Shown here piece by piece: positions 28,109 to 37,541 of a stretch of DNA of 64,000 bases. Numbering within the stretch: position 1 is the first letter of the stretch; the number at the start of each line of letters is the position of its first letter. The notes beneath the pieces were generated by a model. It did no database searches, was not told the DNA's origin, and worked only from the letters and a program-made list of their open reading frames with translations. A program made the translations under genes and the position numbers. Source of the DNA: an uncultured Verrucomicrobiota bacterium (GTDB lineage Bacteria; Verrucomicrobiota; Kiritimatiellia; CAIKKV01; CAITUY01); the NCBI GenBank assembly GCA_964611575.1, contig CAZTAJ010000002.1, positions 22,582-86,581 on the forward strand, in the 5' to 3' direction.

Positions 28109-31100
28109 GTGCCGAAATCCACACTCCAGGATCACGAACTGCTGATTGTCGATGGCGCCTGCGGGACCAACCTGCAGGCCATGGACATCCCGGTCTCGGC
28201 CTGGCAGGGGAAGGACGGCTGCAACGAGTGGCTGAATGTTTCCTCACCGGGCGCCATCGTCGATCTGCACACGGCTTTTGTTGAGGCCGGCGCACAGATC
28301 CTGGAGACCAACACCTTCGGCGCCACGGGGATTGTGCTGGCCGAGTACGGTCTGGAGCGGGAGGTCGCCCGCATCAACACGGCGGCGGTTGCGAATGCCC
28401 GGCAGGCCGCCGGCGGGCGGCCCGGCGTATTCGTGGCCGGTTCGCTGGGGCCCACCACGAAACTGGTCTCGCTGGGCCACATCACGCGCGATGCGCTGTT
28501 CGCAACCTATGCGGAACAGGTGCGGGCCTTAATCGACGCCGGCGTCGATCTACTGATCGTCGAAACGTGCCAGGATCTCCTGCAGATCAAAACCGCCCTG
28601 GCCGCCTGCTTCGAGACCGCAGCCAAAGCCGGGCGCGACGTGCCCGTCATGGTTTCCGTGACCGTCGAACGCACCGGCACCCTGCTGGTCGGCACCGACA
28701 TTGCCGCCGCCGCCGCCGCGCTGGCGCCGTTCCCCCTGTTCTCATTCGGGTTGAACTGTGCGACCGGGCCGGCCGATATGGTCTCGCACATCCGCTACCT
28801 CAGTCAACACTGGACGGGCCGCATCTCCTGCATCCCCAACCAGGGCCTGCCCGAGGTGGTGGACGGCCGGACCATGTATCCGCTGAGTCCCGACGAGTAC
28901 GCGCGCCAGATGCGCGGCTTCGTTGAAGAGCACGGGGTCAGCCTTGTCGGCGGCTGCTGCGGCACGACCCCGGCCCACACGCGACGCCTGGCGGAAACCC
29001 TGCGCGGGGTGCGGCCCGCCCCGCGGACGCCGAGCCCCGCGCCCGCCGTGGCAAGCCTCTACCAGGCGGTGGAACTCCGGCAGGAGATCCCGCCGCTCCT
29101 GATCGGCGAGAAGACCAACGCCAACGGGTCGAGGAAATTCCGCGAACGCCTCCTGGCCGAGGACTTCCAGGGCTGCCTGCAACTCGCCCTGGAACAGGAA
29201 GCCGACGGCGCCCATGTGCTCGACGTCTGCGCCGCCTACGCCGGCCGCGAGGAAACACGCGACATGCTCGAGCTTGTGCGGCTTTTCGCGCGGTCGGTGA
29301 AGATTCCGCTGGTGATCGATTCCACCACGCCGGAGTGCATTGAGGACTGCCTCAAGATCTATCCCGGCCGCGCCATCGTCAATTCGATCAATCTGGAGGA
29401 TGGCGGCGCCTACCTGCGGCGGGTGTGCGGCCTGCTGAAGACGTACGGGGCCGCGGCCGTGGCGCTGACGATCAACGAAAAAGGCATGGCCATGACCGCG
29501 CGGGAGAAGATCGAGACCGCCCGCCGCATCCACGACATCGCGGTCGGCGAATTCGGGCTGAGCCCGTCCGACCTGCTGTTCGATCCGCTGACGTTCACGA
29601 TCGGTTCCGGCGACGCGACACTGCGGGACGCGGCGGTCCAGACGCTGGAAGCGATCCGCGGCATCAAGGCGGCCCTGCCCGGCGTCGGCACCATCCTGGG
29701 CGTCAGCAACATTTCCTTCGGCCTGGCGCCGGCGTCGCGCCGCATCCTGAATTCCGTCTTCCTCCACGAGGCGGTGGGGGCCGGACTGGACGCCGCCATT
29801 GTGGATGCAGGCAAGGTGCTGCCGCTGGCCCGGATCCCGGAGGCGGATCGCGTCATCTGCCTGGACCTGTTGTACGACCGCGGCGAAAGAGAGGGCCGGA
29901 CGCCGCTCACGCGCTTTATCGAGCACTTCCGTGACGCCGGCCGGACTCCGGCGGCATCGGACGAGCCGGCTGACGAGGCGCGCACCGCCGAACAGGTGCT
30001 GTTCGACATGGTCGAGGGCGGGCGGAAAGAGGGGCTCGAGGACCAGTTGACGATTCTGCTGAGCCGGTTTGCCCCCATGGCCATCATCAATCAGATCCTG
30101 GTGCCGGCCATGCGGCACGTCGGCGAACTGTTCGGCAAAGGGGAAATTTTGCTGCCGTTCGTGCTGCAATCCGCCGAGGTCATGAAGCAGGCCGTGTCGT
30201 TCCTGGAGCCGCTGCTCGACAAGGCCGATACGCGCAGCGCCACCAAGGTCGTGCTGGCCACCGTGCAGGGCGACGTGCATGACATCGGGAAGAACCTGGT
30301 GGACATCATTCTCTCGAACAACGGCTACAAGGTGTACAACCTGGGCATCAAGGTGCCGGCCGAGACGATCATCGCAAAGGCGCGCGAGCTCAAGGTCGAC
30401 ATCATCGGCCTGAGCGGGCTGCTGGTGAAATCGGCGATCGTGATGAAGGAGAGCCTGCCCCAGTACCAGGCGGCGGGCCTGAACTGCCCCATCCTGCTCG
30501 GCGGGGCGGCGCTGACGCGCAAGTATGTCGCGGAGGCCTGCGTGCCGCGCTACGGCGGGCCGGTGGTTTACTGTGCCGACGCGTTTGCGGGACTCAAGGC
30601 GGCGCGCGAGTTCGAGGAAGGCCGGCTGAAGGCCACCACGTATGAGGCGGGGGCGGCGGCCGCGGCGCTCAAGCCGGGCGTGAAGAATCTCGATATCAGT
30701 CGCGAGGTGCCCGTGCCGGCGCCGCCCTTCGTGGGCTGGCGCCACGTGACGGACCTCGACCCGCGCCGGGTCTTTCCCCTGATCAACGAACAGGCGCTCT
30801 TCCGCGGCCGCTGGGGCTACCGCCGCGCCAAGATGGGCGCGGCCGAATACGACGACCTGATCGCCACCCGCGTGCGGCCGCTGTTCGAAGGCTTCATCCG
30901 CGCCGGGAGCGAGGAAGGGCTCATCCAGCCGAAGGTTGCCTACGGCTACTTTCCCTGTCACAGCGAGGGGGACGTGCTGATCGTGCACGACGGGGACCGG
31001 CGGCAGGCCTTTCCGTTTCCGCGCCAGGCCGAGCCCCCCTTCCAGTGCATCGCCGATTTCTTCAAGACCGAGTCCGAGGGCGGCGATCGGGTCGGGTTCT

Positions 31101-31492
31101 TCGTCGCCACGATCGGTGAGGCCATCGGGCGGCGCACGCATGCGCTCTACGACGCGAACCGCTATCACGATTACGTCATGCTGCACGGGTTCAGCGTGGA
31201 GGTCACCGATGCGCTGGCCGAATACTGGCACCAGGTCATGCGCCGCGAGTGGGGCATCGCCACCGGCGAGCCCGAGTCGCCGGGCGGCTACGTGACGCAG
31301 GCCTACCGCGGGTCGCGCTACGGCTTCGGCTATCCCGCGTGCCCGGATCTCGACGCGCACCGGCCGCTGTTCGAACTGCTGCGGCCGGAGGCCATCGGCG
31401 TCACGCTGACCGAGTCCATGGAGATGGTGCCGGAACAGAGCACCTCGGCCATCGTCGTCCATCATCCGCAGGCCAAGTATTTCTCCGTGTGA
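28109..31492 (+). CDS. metH: Cobalamin-dependent methionine synthase MetH (full length: Hcy-binding, pterin-binding, B12-binding, AdoMet-reactivation domains)
   Basis: The ORF starts at 27908. The likely true start is the GTG at 28109 with a GAAGGA Shine-Dalgarno (VPKSTLQDHELLIVDGACGTNLQ). The B12-binding motif is GDVHDIGKNLV and there is a C-terminal activation domain. Confidence 0.9.
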   Translation: MPKSTLQDHELLIVDGACGTNLQAMDIPVSAWQGKDGCNEWLNVSSPGAIVDLHTAFVEAGAQILETNTFGATGIVLAEYGLEREVARINTAAVANARQAAGGRPGVFVAGSLGPTTKLVSLGHITRDALFATYAEQVRALIDAGVDLLIVETCQDLLQIKTALAACFETAAKAGRDVPVMVSVTVERTGTLLVGTDIAAAAAALAPFPLFSFGLNCATGPADMVSHIRYLSQHWTGRISCIPNQGLPEVVDGRTMYPLSPDEYARQMRGFVEEHGVSLVGGCCGTTPAHTRRLAETLRGVRPAPRTPSPAPAVASLYQAVELRQEIPPLLIGEKTNANGSRKFRERLLAEDFQGCLQLALEQEADGAHVLDVCAAYAGREETRDMLELVRLFARSVKIPLVIDSTTPECIEDCLKIYPGRAIVNSINLEDGGAYLRRVCGLLKTYGAAAVALTINEKGMAMTAREKIETARRIHDIAVGEFGLSPSDLLFDPLTFTIGSGDATLRDAAVQTLEAIRGIKAALPGVGTILGVSNISFGLAPASRRILNSVFLHEAVGAGLDAAIVDAGKVLPLARIPEADRVICLDLLYDRGEREGRTPLTRFIEHFRDAGRTPAASDEPADEARTAEQVLFDMVEGGRKEGLEDQLTILLSRFAPMAIINQILVPAMRHVGELFGKGEILLPFVLQSAEVMKQAVSFLEPLLDKADTRSATKVVLATVQGDVHDIGKNLVDIILSNNGYKVYNLGIKVPAETIIAKARELKVDIIGLSGLLVKSAIVMKESLPQYQAAGLNCPILLGGAALTRKYVAEACVPRYGGPVVYCADAFAGLKAAREFEEGRLKATTYEAGAAAAALKPGVKNLDISREVPVPAPPFVGWRHVTDLDPRRVFPLINEQALFRGRWGYRRAKMGAAEYDDLIATRVRPLFEGFIRAGSEEGLIQPKVAYGYFPCHSEGDVLIVHDGDRRQAFPFPRQAEPPFQCIADFFKTESEGGDRVGFFVATIGEAIGRRTHALYDANRYHDYVMLHGFSVEVTDALAEYWHQVMRREWGIATGEPESPGGYVTQAYRGSRYGFGYPACPDLDAHRPLFELLRPEAIGVTLTESMEMVPEQSTSAIVVHHPQAKYFSV

Positions 31493-31499
31493 GTACGCC

Positions 31500-31676
31500 A
31501 TGAACGACCCCTCTTCCGTCCGGTATGTGTGCATTAATTGCGGGTATGTGTACGATCCCGCGCAGGGCGACGCGTTGAACAACGTGCCGCCCGGCACGGC
31601 GTTCGACGCCCTGCCGGAGGGGTGGGTGTGTCCGCTGTGCTATGCGGACAAGGACAAGTTCGATCCCGTGGATTGA
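31500..31676 (+). CDS. Rubredoxin (58 aa; below the ORF-track size cutoff)
   Basis: Manual translation gives MNDPSSVRYVCINCGYVYDPAQGDALNNVPPGTAFDALPEGWVCPLCYADKDKFDPVD. This matches the canonical rubredoxin pattern of CxxCG..YDP and WxCPxC plus a short tail. It lies 8 bp after the metH stop. Confidence 0.8.
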   Translation: MNDPSSVRYVCINCGYVYDPAQGDALNNVPPGTAFDALPEGWVCPLCYADKDKFDPVD

Positions 31677-31692
31677 GGGACGGAGGAGCACC

Positions 31693-33519
31693 ATGGAGAA
31701 TATTCTGGAACGACTCAAGCGGGCGCCGCTCATGTTTGACGGCGCCATGGGAACCGTCATCTACGGCAAAGGTGTTTTCATCAACACCTGCTACGACGAA
31801 CTCAATGTCACGCGGCCGGACCTCATCCGGGAGATTCATCGCGAGTACGTGGCGGCGGGCGCCGACGTCATCGAAACCAACACCTACGGCGCCAACCGCG
31901 TCAAATTGCGCGGCCACGGGCTGGCCGACAAGGTGCAAGCCATCAACGTCGCGGCCGTCCGTCTGGCCCGCGCGGAGGCGGGCGATGACGTGTATGTGGC
32001 CGGGTCGGTCGGGCCGTGCCTGGTATCGGGCCAGATGTGGAGTGACGACAAGGTGACTGACCTGCGGACGGCGTTCGAGGAGCAGATCGGCGCGCTGGCC
32101 GAAGCCGGCGTGGACCTGATTCAGTTGGAGACGTTTGTTTTCCTGGAAGAGTTGAAGCTGGCTGCCGGGGTGGCCCGCGCCGCCGGGCTCCCGGTGCTGG
32201 CGTGTTTTTCGGTACGTTCCGGCGAGGAGACGGCGCTCGGGTCGCCGGTCGAGGCCTTTGCGGCGGCGTTGAACGGGGATCCTGACGTGGACGCCATCGG
32301 CCTCAATTGCGGTGTGGGCCCGGCGCAGGTCTACGATGCGGCGGAACGCATTCTGCCGCTGCTGTCGAAACCGTTGATCTGCCTGCCGAATGCGGGGCTG
32401 CCCCGGGACGTGGACGGGCGGATGATGTACCTGTCCAGCCCCGAGTATTTCACCAAGTACGCCAAGAAGCTCATCGAAATGGGCGTGCGGGGGGTGGGCG
32501 GCTGCTGCGGCACGACGCCGGAGCACATTCGCGTGGCGGCCCGCGCGGTGAAGACGCTGAGCGGCGTGAAGCAGCACGCCCGGATCCAGGTCTACCAGCC
32601 CGACCAGATCACCGTCCGGGTCACGCCGCCGGTGCAGAAGTCGCGTTTCGCCGAACGGCTGCTGTCCGGCGCGCGGGTGACCTCCATCGAGCTGCTGCCG
32701 CCGAAGGCCTGCGACGTATCGGGCCTGGTCGAGAAGGCGCGCCAGTGCCGCGAGCGCGGCATCGATGCCATCAATATTCCGGACGGGCCGCGCGCCAGCG
32801 CGCGCGTTTCGCCGATGGTGGCGGCACTGGCCGTGCTGCAGCAGGCCGGCATCGAGCCGGTGCTGCACTACTGCTGCCGTGACCGCAACCTGATCGGCAT
32901 GCAGTCGGACCTGCTCGGCGCGCAGGTGGCGGGGCTGCGGAACATTTTGATCATCACCGGCGATCCGCCGAAACTGGGCGACTATCCCGACGTGACCGGC
33001 GTCTTCGATGTGGATGCGATCGGGTTGACCCAGGTGGCGGCGAACCTCAATCGCGGCCGCGACATTGGCGGCAATCTGGTGGACCCGCCGACGGCCCTGT
33101 TCATCGGGGTGGGGGCCAATCCGGTGGCGGTGTCGCCCGAGCAGGAGGTGCAGCGGTTCGGGGCCAAGCTGGAGGCCGGCGCGGAGTTTGCCATCACGCA
33201 GCCGATTTTCGATGCCGACTCGCTGTTCCGGTTCCTTGACCGTATCGAGGCGCTGCCGCGCCGCGTGCCCGTCGTGGCCGGGGTCTGGCCGCTGGTGAGT
33301 TTCAAGAACGCCGAATTCATGCGCAACGAGGTGCCGGGGGTAACCGTACCCGACGGGATCATGGAGCGCATGGCGTGCTGCCGGACCAAGGAGGAGGGCA
33401 TCGACGCCGGCATCGGCATCGCGCGGGATATCTGCGAGGCGATCGCCGCGCGCGTCGCCGGCTACCAGGTCAGCGCGCCGCTCGGTAAACTCGATATTGC
33501 GTTAAGGGTGCTGGCCTGA
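31693..33519 (+). CDS. Bifunctional homocysteine S-methyltransferase / 5,10-methylenetetrahydrofolate reductase
   Basis: The start is an ATG with a GGAGGAG Shine-Dalgarno at 31683. It has an N-terminal Hcy-binding domain with zinc ligands (C at LNCG and GCCGTTP) and a C-terminal MetF/MTHFR TIM barrel (ILIITGDPP.). Confidence 0.85.
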   Translation: MENILERLKRAPLMFDGAMGTVIYGKGVFINTCYDELNVTRPDLIREIHREYVAAGADVIETNTYGANRVKLRGHGLADKVQAINVAAVRLARAEAGDDVYVAGSVGPCLVSGQMWSDDKVTDLRTAFEEQIGALAEAGVDLIQLETFVFLEELKLAAGVARAAGLPVLACFSVRSGEETALGSPVEAFAAALNGDPDVDAIGLNCGVGPAQVYDAAERILPLLSKPLICLPNAGLPRDVDGRMMYLSSPEYFTKYAKKLIEMGVRGVGGCCGTTPEHIRVAARAVKTLSGVKQHARIQVYQPDQITVRVTPPVQKSRFAERLLSGARVTSIELLPPKACDVSGLVEKARQCRERGIDAINIPDGPRASARVSPMVAALAVLQQAGIEPVLHYCCRDRNLIGMQSDLLGAQVAGLRNILIITGDPPKLGDYPDVTGVFDVDAIGLTQVAANLNRGRDIGGNLVDPPTALFIGVGANPVAVSPEQEVQRFGAKLEAGAEFAITQPIFDADSLFRFLDRIEALPRRVPVVAGVWPLVSFKNAEFMRNEVPGVTVPDGIMERMACCRTKEEGIDAGIGIARDICEAIAARVAGYQVSAPLGKLDIALRVLA

Positions 33520-34442
33520 TGGGATTGGAAGGTGGGAGGCAGGAGTTGGAAGGTGGGAGGCAGGAGTTGGAAGGTGGGAGGGGGAAGGTGGGAGGGGGAA
33601 CCGTCAACAACCGACAGCCAACGCCCAACGCCCAAGTGCGGGCAGGATACTCTCTGGACCGTGGACGTGGGTTGTGGGTTGTTGGTTGTTGGGCGTTGGC
33701 GCTTGCGCTGCCAGCCGTGTGGGCGGCCGATACGGGCGACTGGGAGGTTGTGAAATCCCGGCATTTCCTTGTCATGCATACGGGCGACGCGCCGTTCGCG
33801 GAACGGGCGGCCCGGGTCGCGGAGACCCACTACCACGCCATTGCCGAGGATCTGGGCTACTCGCGCACGTCGGGGTTCTGGACCTGGGACAACCGTGTGA
33901 GGATCATGATCCATCCCACGGCGGAGTCGTTTCGCGCCGCCTTTCAGGCCCCGGGCTGGGCGGCCGGCGGGGCCAGCATCCAGCGGCATGAGATAGCCGG
34001 GTGCCGGCCGGATGGCGAGGGTTTTCTATCCACCATCCTGCCGCACGAAATGGCGCATCTGGTGCTGAGCGATTTTGTGGGAGCGCGGCAGGTGCCCGGC
34101 TGGCTGGCGGAAGGCTTTGCGCAGTGGGAGCAGGACGGCCGGAAAAGCAGCCGGATGCTTCTCGGGAGAGACCCGGGGTATGCCTTGCGCGACCTCATGT
34201 CCATGGACATCCGGCAGGAGCGGGACACGGCGCGGGTCCACCTGTACTACGCCCAGTGTGCCAGCCTGGTCGGTTTCCTGATCGGTTCGGGCGGCGGCGA
34301 CCGGTTCGGTCGCTTCTGCCGCCTGCTGCGCGACGGCAAGCCCTGCGTCGAGGCGCTGGCGTCCGCCTATCCGGACCTTGCGGCCACGGTGGAGGATCTC
34401 GAACGCGCCTGGCGCAAGTCGCTGAAGGATGCAGCGCGGTAG
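33519..34442 (+). CDS. Putative secreted zinc metallopeptidase (HEMAH motif)
   Basis: It has HEMAHLV followed by EGFAQWE, an HExxH...E gluzincin-like arrangement. A signal-peptide-like segment WVVGCWALALALPAVWAAD is encoded inside the repeat hairpin. The true start is probably internal, TTG or GTG near 33670. Confidence 0.55.
   Translation: MGLEGGRQELEGGRQELEGGRGKVGGGTVNNRQPTPNAQVRAGYSLDRGRGLWVVGCWALALALPAVWAADTGDWEVVKSRHFLVMHTGDAPFAERAARVAETHYHAIAEDLGYSRTSGFWTWDNRVRIMIHPTAESFRAAFQAPGWAAGGASIQRHEIAGCRPDGEGFLSTILPHEMAHLVLSDFVGARQVPGWLAEGFAQWEQDGRKSSRMLLGRDPGYALRDLMSMDIRQERDTARVHLYYAQCASLVGFLIGSGGGDRFGRFCRLLRDGKPCVEALASAYPDLAATVEDLERAWRKSLKDAAR
33520..33700. repeat. Second copy of composite repeat: (GGAAGGTGGGAGGCAGGAGTT)x2-3 G-rich array + CCAACGCCCAACGCCCAAGTGCGG hairpin
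   Basis: It shares the G-rich GGTGGGAGG motifs and the hairpin arm sequence with 836-1000. It overlaps the 5' end of the downstream ORF. Confidence 0.7.
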
Positions 34443-34534
34443 GTGCGCACGGCGCGGCCGGAGGCCGTCGCCCCACCGGGGACCGCCGGACAGGCACGGC
34501 GCGGGCGTCCTCGCCCCGCCGGCAACAGACCCGT

Positions 34535-35662
34535 TCACAGCCAGCCGGTGGCTTCGGCAAGGCATTTGACGTAGTGGGTGTAGTCCGGCCAAGCCACGTC
34601 CGCCGGCACGCCGTGGTCGCAGCTCGGGATGAAGCCGCCGTCGCGGATGACCGGGCGGATACGGTCGATCTCGCGCTCGATCACCCGGCCGCCCCTGGCC
34701 ATGGCGCGTTTGTCGACTCCGCCGCGGTAGGCCATGTTGCGCCCGAATTGCCTGCGGAAAGCCACGATGTCGTTGCCCGCCGCCACCTCCATGGGGTCGC
34801 AGACGGTGATGCCGGACTCAATCCACAGGGGAATCAGTTCACCGACGTGTCCATCCGAATCCATGCTGTAGAGCGGGACGCCGGCCTTGTGCACGATCTC
34901 GCCCCACCGTTTCCAGGTCGGCATCAGGAACTCCCGCGCCATCTGCGGGGAAATCATGGAATGTTCCTTGTATGCCATGTCCTCCGACAGGTGGACGCTG
35001 TCCGGGGTGAACAGCGCCAGCGCCCGTTCGAGCAGGCGGGCGACATGGTTCTCCCAGAACCGGATCATTTCCGTTGTCAGTGCGGGATCGTCATAGAACA
35101 GCGTGCAGAGGTTTTCGAACCCGACCCACTCGCGCAGTTGCCAGAAGGGGCCGGAGAAATGCAGCTCCACGAACCAGGAACGGTCCCGCAGGCGGACGCC
35201 GAGCGCGGCGGCGTCGGCGTCGAGACGGGAGGGGTCGTTGGCGTCGTAGCGGCGCTGCATGTCCGCCCAATCCTGGCGATTCTCCACCGGGCATTTGATC
35301 CACTTGCGGGTGACGAAGTCGATGGCGTTGCGCAAATACTCGGGTGAGAACTCGCGGCCGATCTCGCAGACGTTGCCCTTCCAGTCCTGGACCACCCGTG
35401 AGGTCGGCCGTTCCTCCACGACCTTCTCCTCGAACTGAGGAATCATGCGTTCGTTGACGGGGAAGCCCGGGCCGCCTTCCGGCCACGGCAGCGTTCCGCC
35501 GGCGAGGCGGTAGGCCAGTTCGTTGTAGTTCCGCACCTCGGCGGGCAGTCCCTGGCGATGCCAGACCTCCAGGGTCGAGCGACGGCCGCCGCCCGGGGAC
35601 AGGGGTACGCGGTCGGCGGTCTGGAAACGCAATACGGCGAGCTCACGTTCACGAGGGGTCAT
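34535..35662 (-). CDS. Uroporphyrinogen decarboxylase (URO-D) family protein / MtaA-CmuA-like methyltransferase
   Basis: 375 aa with a URO-D-like TIM-barrel fold signature and conserved C-terminal ...GFIPSCDHGVP. No specific family assignment made. Confidence 0.75.
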   Translation of the reverse strand: MTPRERELAVLRFQTADRVPLSPGGGRRSTLEVWHRQGLPAEVRNYNELAYRLAGGTLPWPEGGPGFPVNERMIPQFEEKVVEERPTSRVVQDWKGNVCEIGREFSPEYLRNAIDFVTRKWIKCPVENRQDWADMQRRYDANDPSRLDADAAALGVRLRDRSWFVELHFSGPFWQLREWVGFENLCTLFYDDPALTTEMIRFWENHVARLLERALALFTPDSVHLSEDMAYKEHSMISPQMAREFLMPTWKRWGEIVHKAGVPLYSMDSDGHVGELIPLWIESGITVCDPMEVAAGNDIVAFRRQFGRNMAYRGGVDKRAMARGGRVIEREIDRIRPVIRDGGFIPSCDHGVPADVAWPDYTHYVKCLAEATGWL

Positions 35663-35725
35663 GGTGCAAATTCTCCATTACGATCATTTCAGGCAGAAGA
35701 ATGACAGTGGAATGCAAAGCTGGCA

Positions 35726-36622
35726 ATGGACAGTCCATGCGTGATTATGGATAATTCGCTCATGGGCAGATACCGGATTTATCGGGAGACGCGGTTTCGG
35801 ACGCCGAGCCGGACGGAGCGGGAGATCGGGTTATGGGCGGACCGGATTGGCGGCGGAGCGGTGCTGGCCGGCGCCCCGGCACCGCGCGGTCTGCGCTTGC
35901 TCGGGCAGTATGCGGCCGTGGCGGTTGAAACCGGGGCCGGCCGGTTGATCACGGCGCAGGGCGGGGCGTTGCCCGTGACGGCCGGCGATGTGATCCTGGT
36001 CTTCCCCGAGGAACCCACGGCCTACCATCCCGACCCGGCGTGGACCTCGCGCTGGGTGGTGTGGAACGGGCCGGAAGCCGGGCGGCTGGCACGGCTGGGC
36101 TATCTGTCGCGGCAACGTCCCGTGGTCCCGGCGGCTGCGGCGGTTCGGGAGGCGTACGAGCGCCTGTTCCGCCTGATGGAGCGGGAGGATGCGGCGTCGG
36201 TCCTGGAGCGCAAGGAGGTGCTGCTGCGCCTGATTCTTGAACTGCACCGGGCGGCCGAGCGGCGGCATCCGCCGAGTCCGGCGCAACGGCGGATGGCGGA
36301 GGCGGTGGACTATCTCCGGCAGCATGCGGCGGAGGGGGGGCGCGTGCCGGAACTGGCGCGCCGGTTCGGGTTGAGCCCGGCGCATCTCCGGCGTCTCTTT
36401 CGCGAGGGCACCGGGTGGAGTCCCGTGGCGTTTGTGACGGGGCTGCGCATGGCGCGGGCGCGTGAACTGCTCTCGATGGGGATCCCGGTCAAGGAAGCGG
36501 CGGACCGTGTCGGGTACGCGGACCTGTTCTATTTCATGCGCGTGTTCAAGAAGACGCACGGGGTGTCGCCCGGCCGTTTTCTCAAACGATTGACGATGGG
36601 GACAACCGGCGTACGCACCTGA
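35726..36622 (+). CDS. AraC-family transcriptional regulator
   Basis: It has a C-terminal AraC HTH (RVPELARRFGLSPAHLRRLFREGTGWSPVAFVTGLRMARARELL) and an N-terminal cupin-like sensor domain. Confidence 0.85.
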   Translation: MDSPCVIMDNSLMGRYRIYRETRFRTPSRTEREIGLWADRIGGGAVLAGAPAPRGLRLLGQYAAVAVETGAGRLITAQGGALPVTAGDVILVFPEEPTAYHPDPAWTSRWVVWNGPEAGRLARLGYLSRQRPVVPAAAAVREAYERLFRLMEREDAASVLERKEVLLRLILELHRAAERRHPPSPAQRRMAEAVDYLRQHAAEGGRVPELARRFGLSPAHLRRLFREGTGWSPVAFVTGLRMARARELLSMGIPVKEAADRVGYADLFYFMRVFKKTHGVSPGRFLKRLTMGTTGVRT

Positions 36623-36628
36623 GCGCCA

Positions 36629-37501
36629 TCACGGCTGGCGGCCGGCGGCAGTGCTTTCGATCTGTGCCGAGAATTTGCCTTCCGGTTCGGGTGACACCCG
36701 GATGAGCGTCCTCATCCCGCTGGCGGGGCGGCTCGCGCCCGATCCGGGGTATGACGTGAAGCGGTCCACAATGGCGGCGGCGTCCAGGGCGTTGCTGCCG
36801 ATGATAAACAGCCGGCCGGGCTGCGCGGCGCATCCCAGGATCGACAGATCCTCGAGCGAACGCACGCCGCTCACATAAAGGATTTCCGGGGCGAACATCA
36901 AGAGACTCTCCACCCCGTCCTTGATGCTGTCGCAGTCGCTGCCCACCTCGCATTGCACAATGATCGAGCTGCGGTGGGCCATGAGGTAGGTGAGGGGGTT
37001 TTCGACGATCCCCACGATGCGGCGGGAGGTCTGGTTGAGCGCATCGAGGACGGCATAGACGAGGGTGCCGATCAGCACGGGGTCCGGCCCCGACACGCCC
37101 ACGATGCCGCCCTGGTCCGACTGGGTCACCTGCCGCAGGGCGGCAATCGTGGCGGGATCATCGCACAGCGACTCCAGGGCCGGGATGACGAAGGGAATGC
37201 GGGTGACGCTTACCACCTTGCTGCCGCGTTGCGTCAGGTACGTCACGCGGATACGGCCCACCTTGCGCAGGCCGAAGGAAAAGCCGCCGAACATCGAGGT
37301 CGCGTCCAGTTCGCGTTTGGGCGACTGGGTCTTGAGCGCCTGCAGGGTATCGAAGACGTCGCCGGAACTCAGCACCATGCTGAGAATGACGCGCACTTCG
37401 CCTGCCGCATGCACGACGGGTGGGGCATTGGGCGCAAGCACCACGGTGCAGGGTTTGGCATCGCCAGACAGGTACTCCAGGATTTCCTGCGCTCGATTCA
37501 T
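36629..37501 (-). CDS. PilT/GspE-family ATPase paralog with degenerate catalytic motifs (pseudo-ATPase)
   Basis: 290 aa that aligns to the PilT core, but Walker A is replaced by GVSGPDPVLIGT (no GxxGxGKST) and the His box GHLVFGTLHT is replaced by GRLFIIGSNAL. Confidence 0.6.
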   Translation of the reverse strand: MNRAQEILEYLSGDAKPCTVVLAPNAPPVVHAAGEVRVILSMVLSSGDVFDTLQALKTQSPKRELDATSMFGGFSFGLRKVGRIRVTYLTQRGSKVVSVTRIPFVIPALESLCDDPATIAALRQVTQSDQGGIVGVSGPDPVLIGTLVYAVLDALNQTSRRIVGIVENPLTYLMAHRSSIIVQCEVGSDCDSIKDGVESLLMFAPEILYVSGVRSLEDLSILGCAAQPGRLFIIGSNALDAAAIVDRFTSYPGSGASRPASGMRTLIRVSPEPEGKFSAQIESTAAGRQP

Positions 37502-37508
37502 CTAGGTG

Positions 37509-37541
37509 TGGAGCGTGCGACCGGGTTCGAGCCGGCGACCA
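37509..37541 (-). other. tRNA 3'-end-like fragment (variable loop, T-arm, acceptor 3' strand, discriminator, encoded CCA) without a 5' half
   Basis: The minus strand reads tggtc-GCCGG-CTCGAAC-CCGGT-CGCACGC-T-CCA. No complementary 5' acceptor strand (GCGTGCG) or anticodon arm is present upstream. It lies 7 nt upstream of the PilT-like start, at the onset of the lower-GC region. Confidence 0.35.

Noticed and set aside
28742-31597. 951-aa minus-strand ORF antisense to metH
   Set aside because: metH on the plus strand has unambiguous domain motifs. The antisense translation is Arg/Gly/Asp-rich junk. High GC gives long spurious ORFs.
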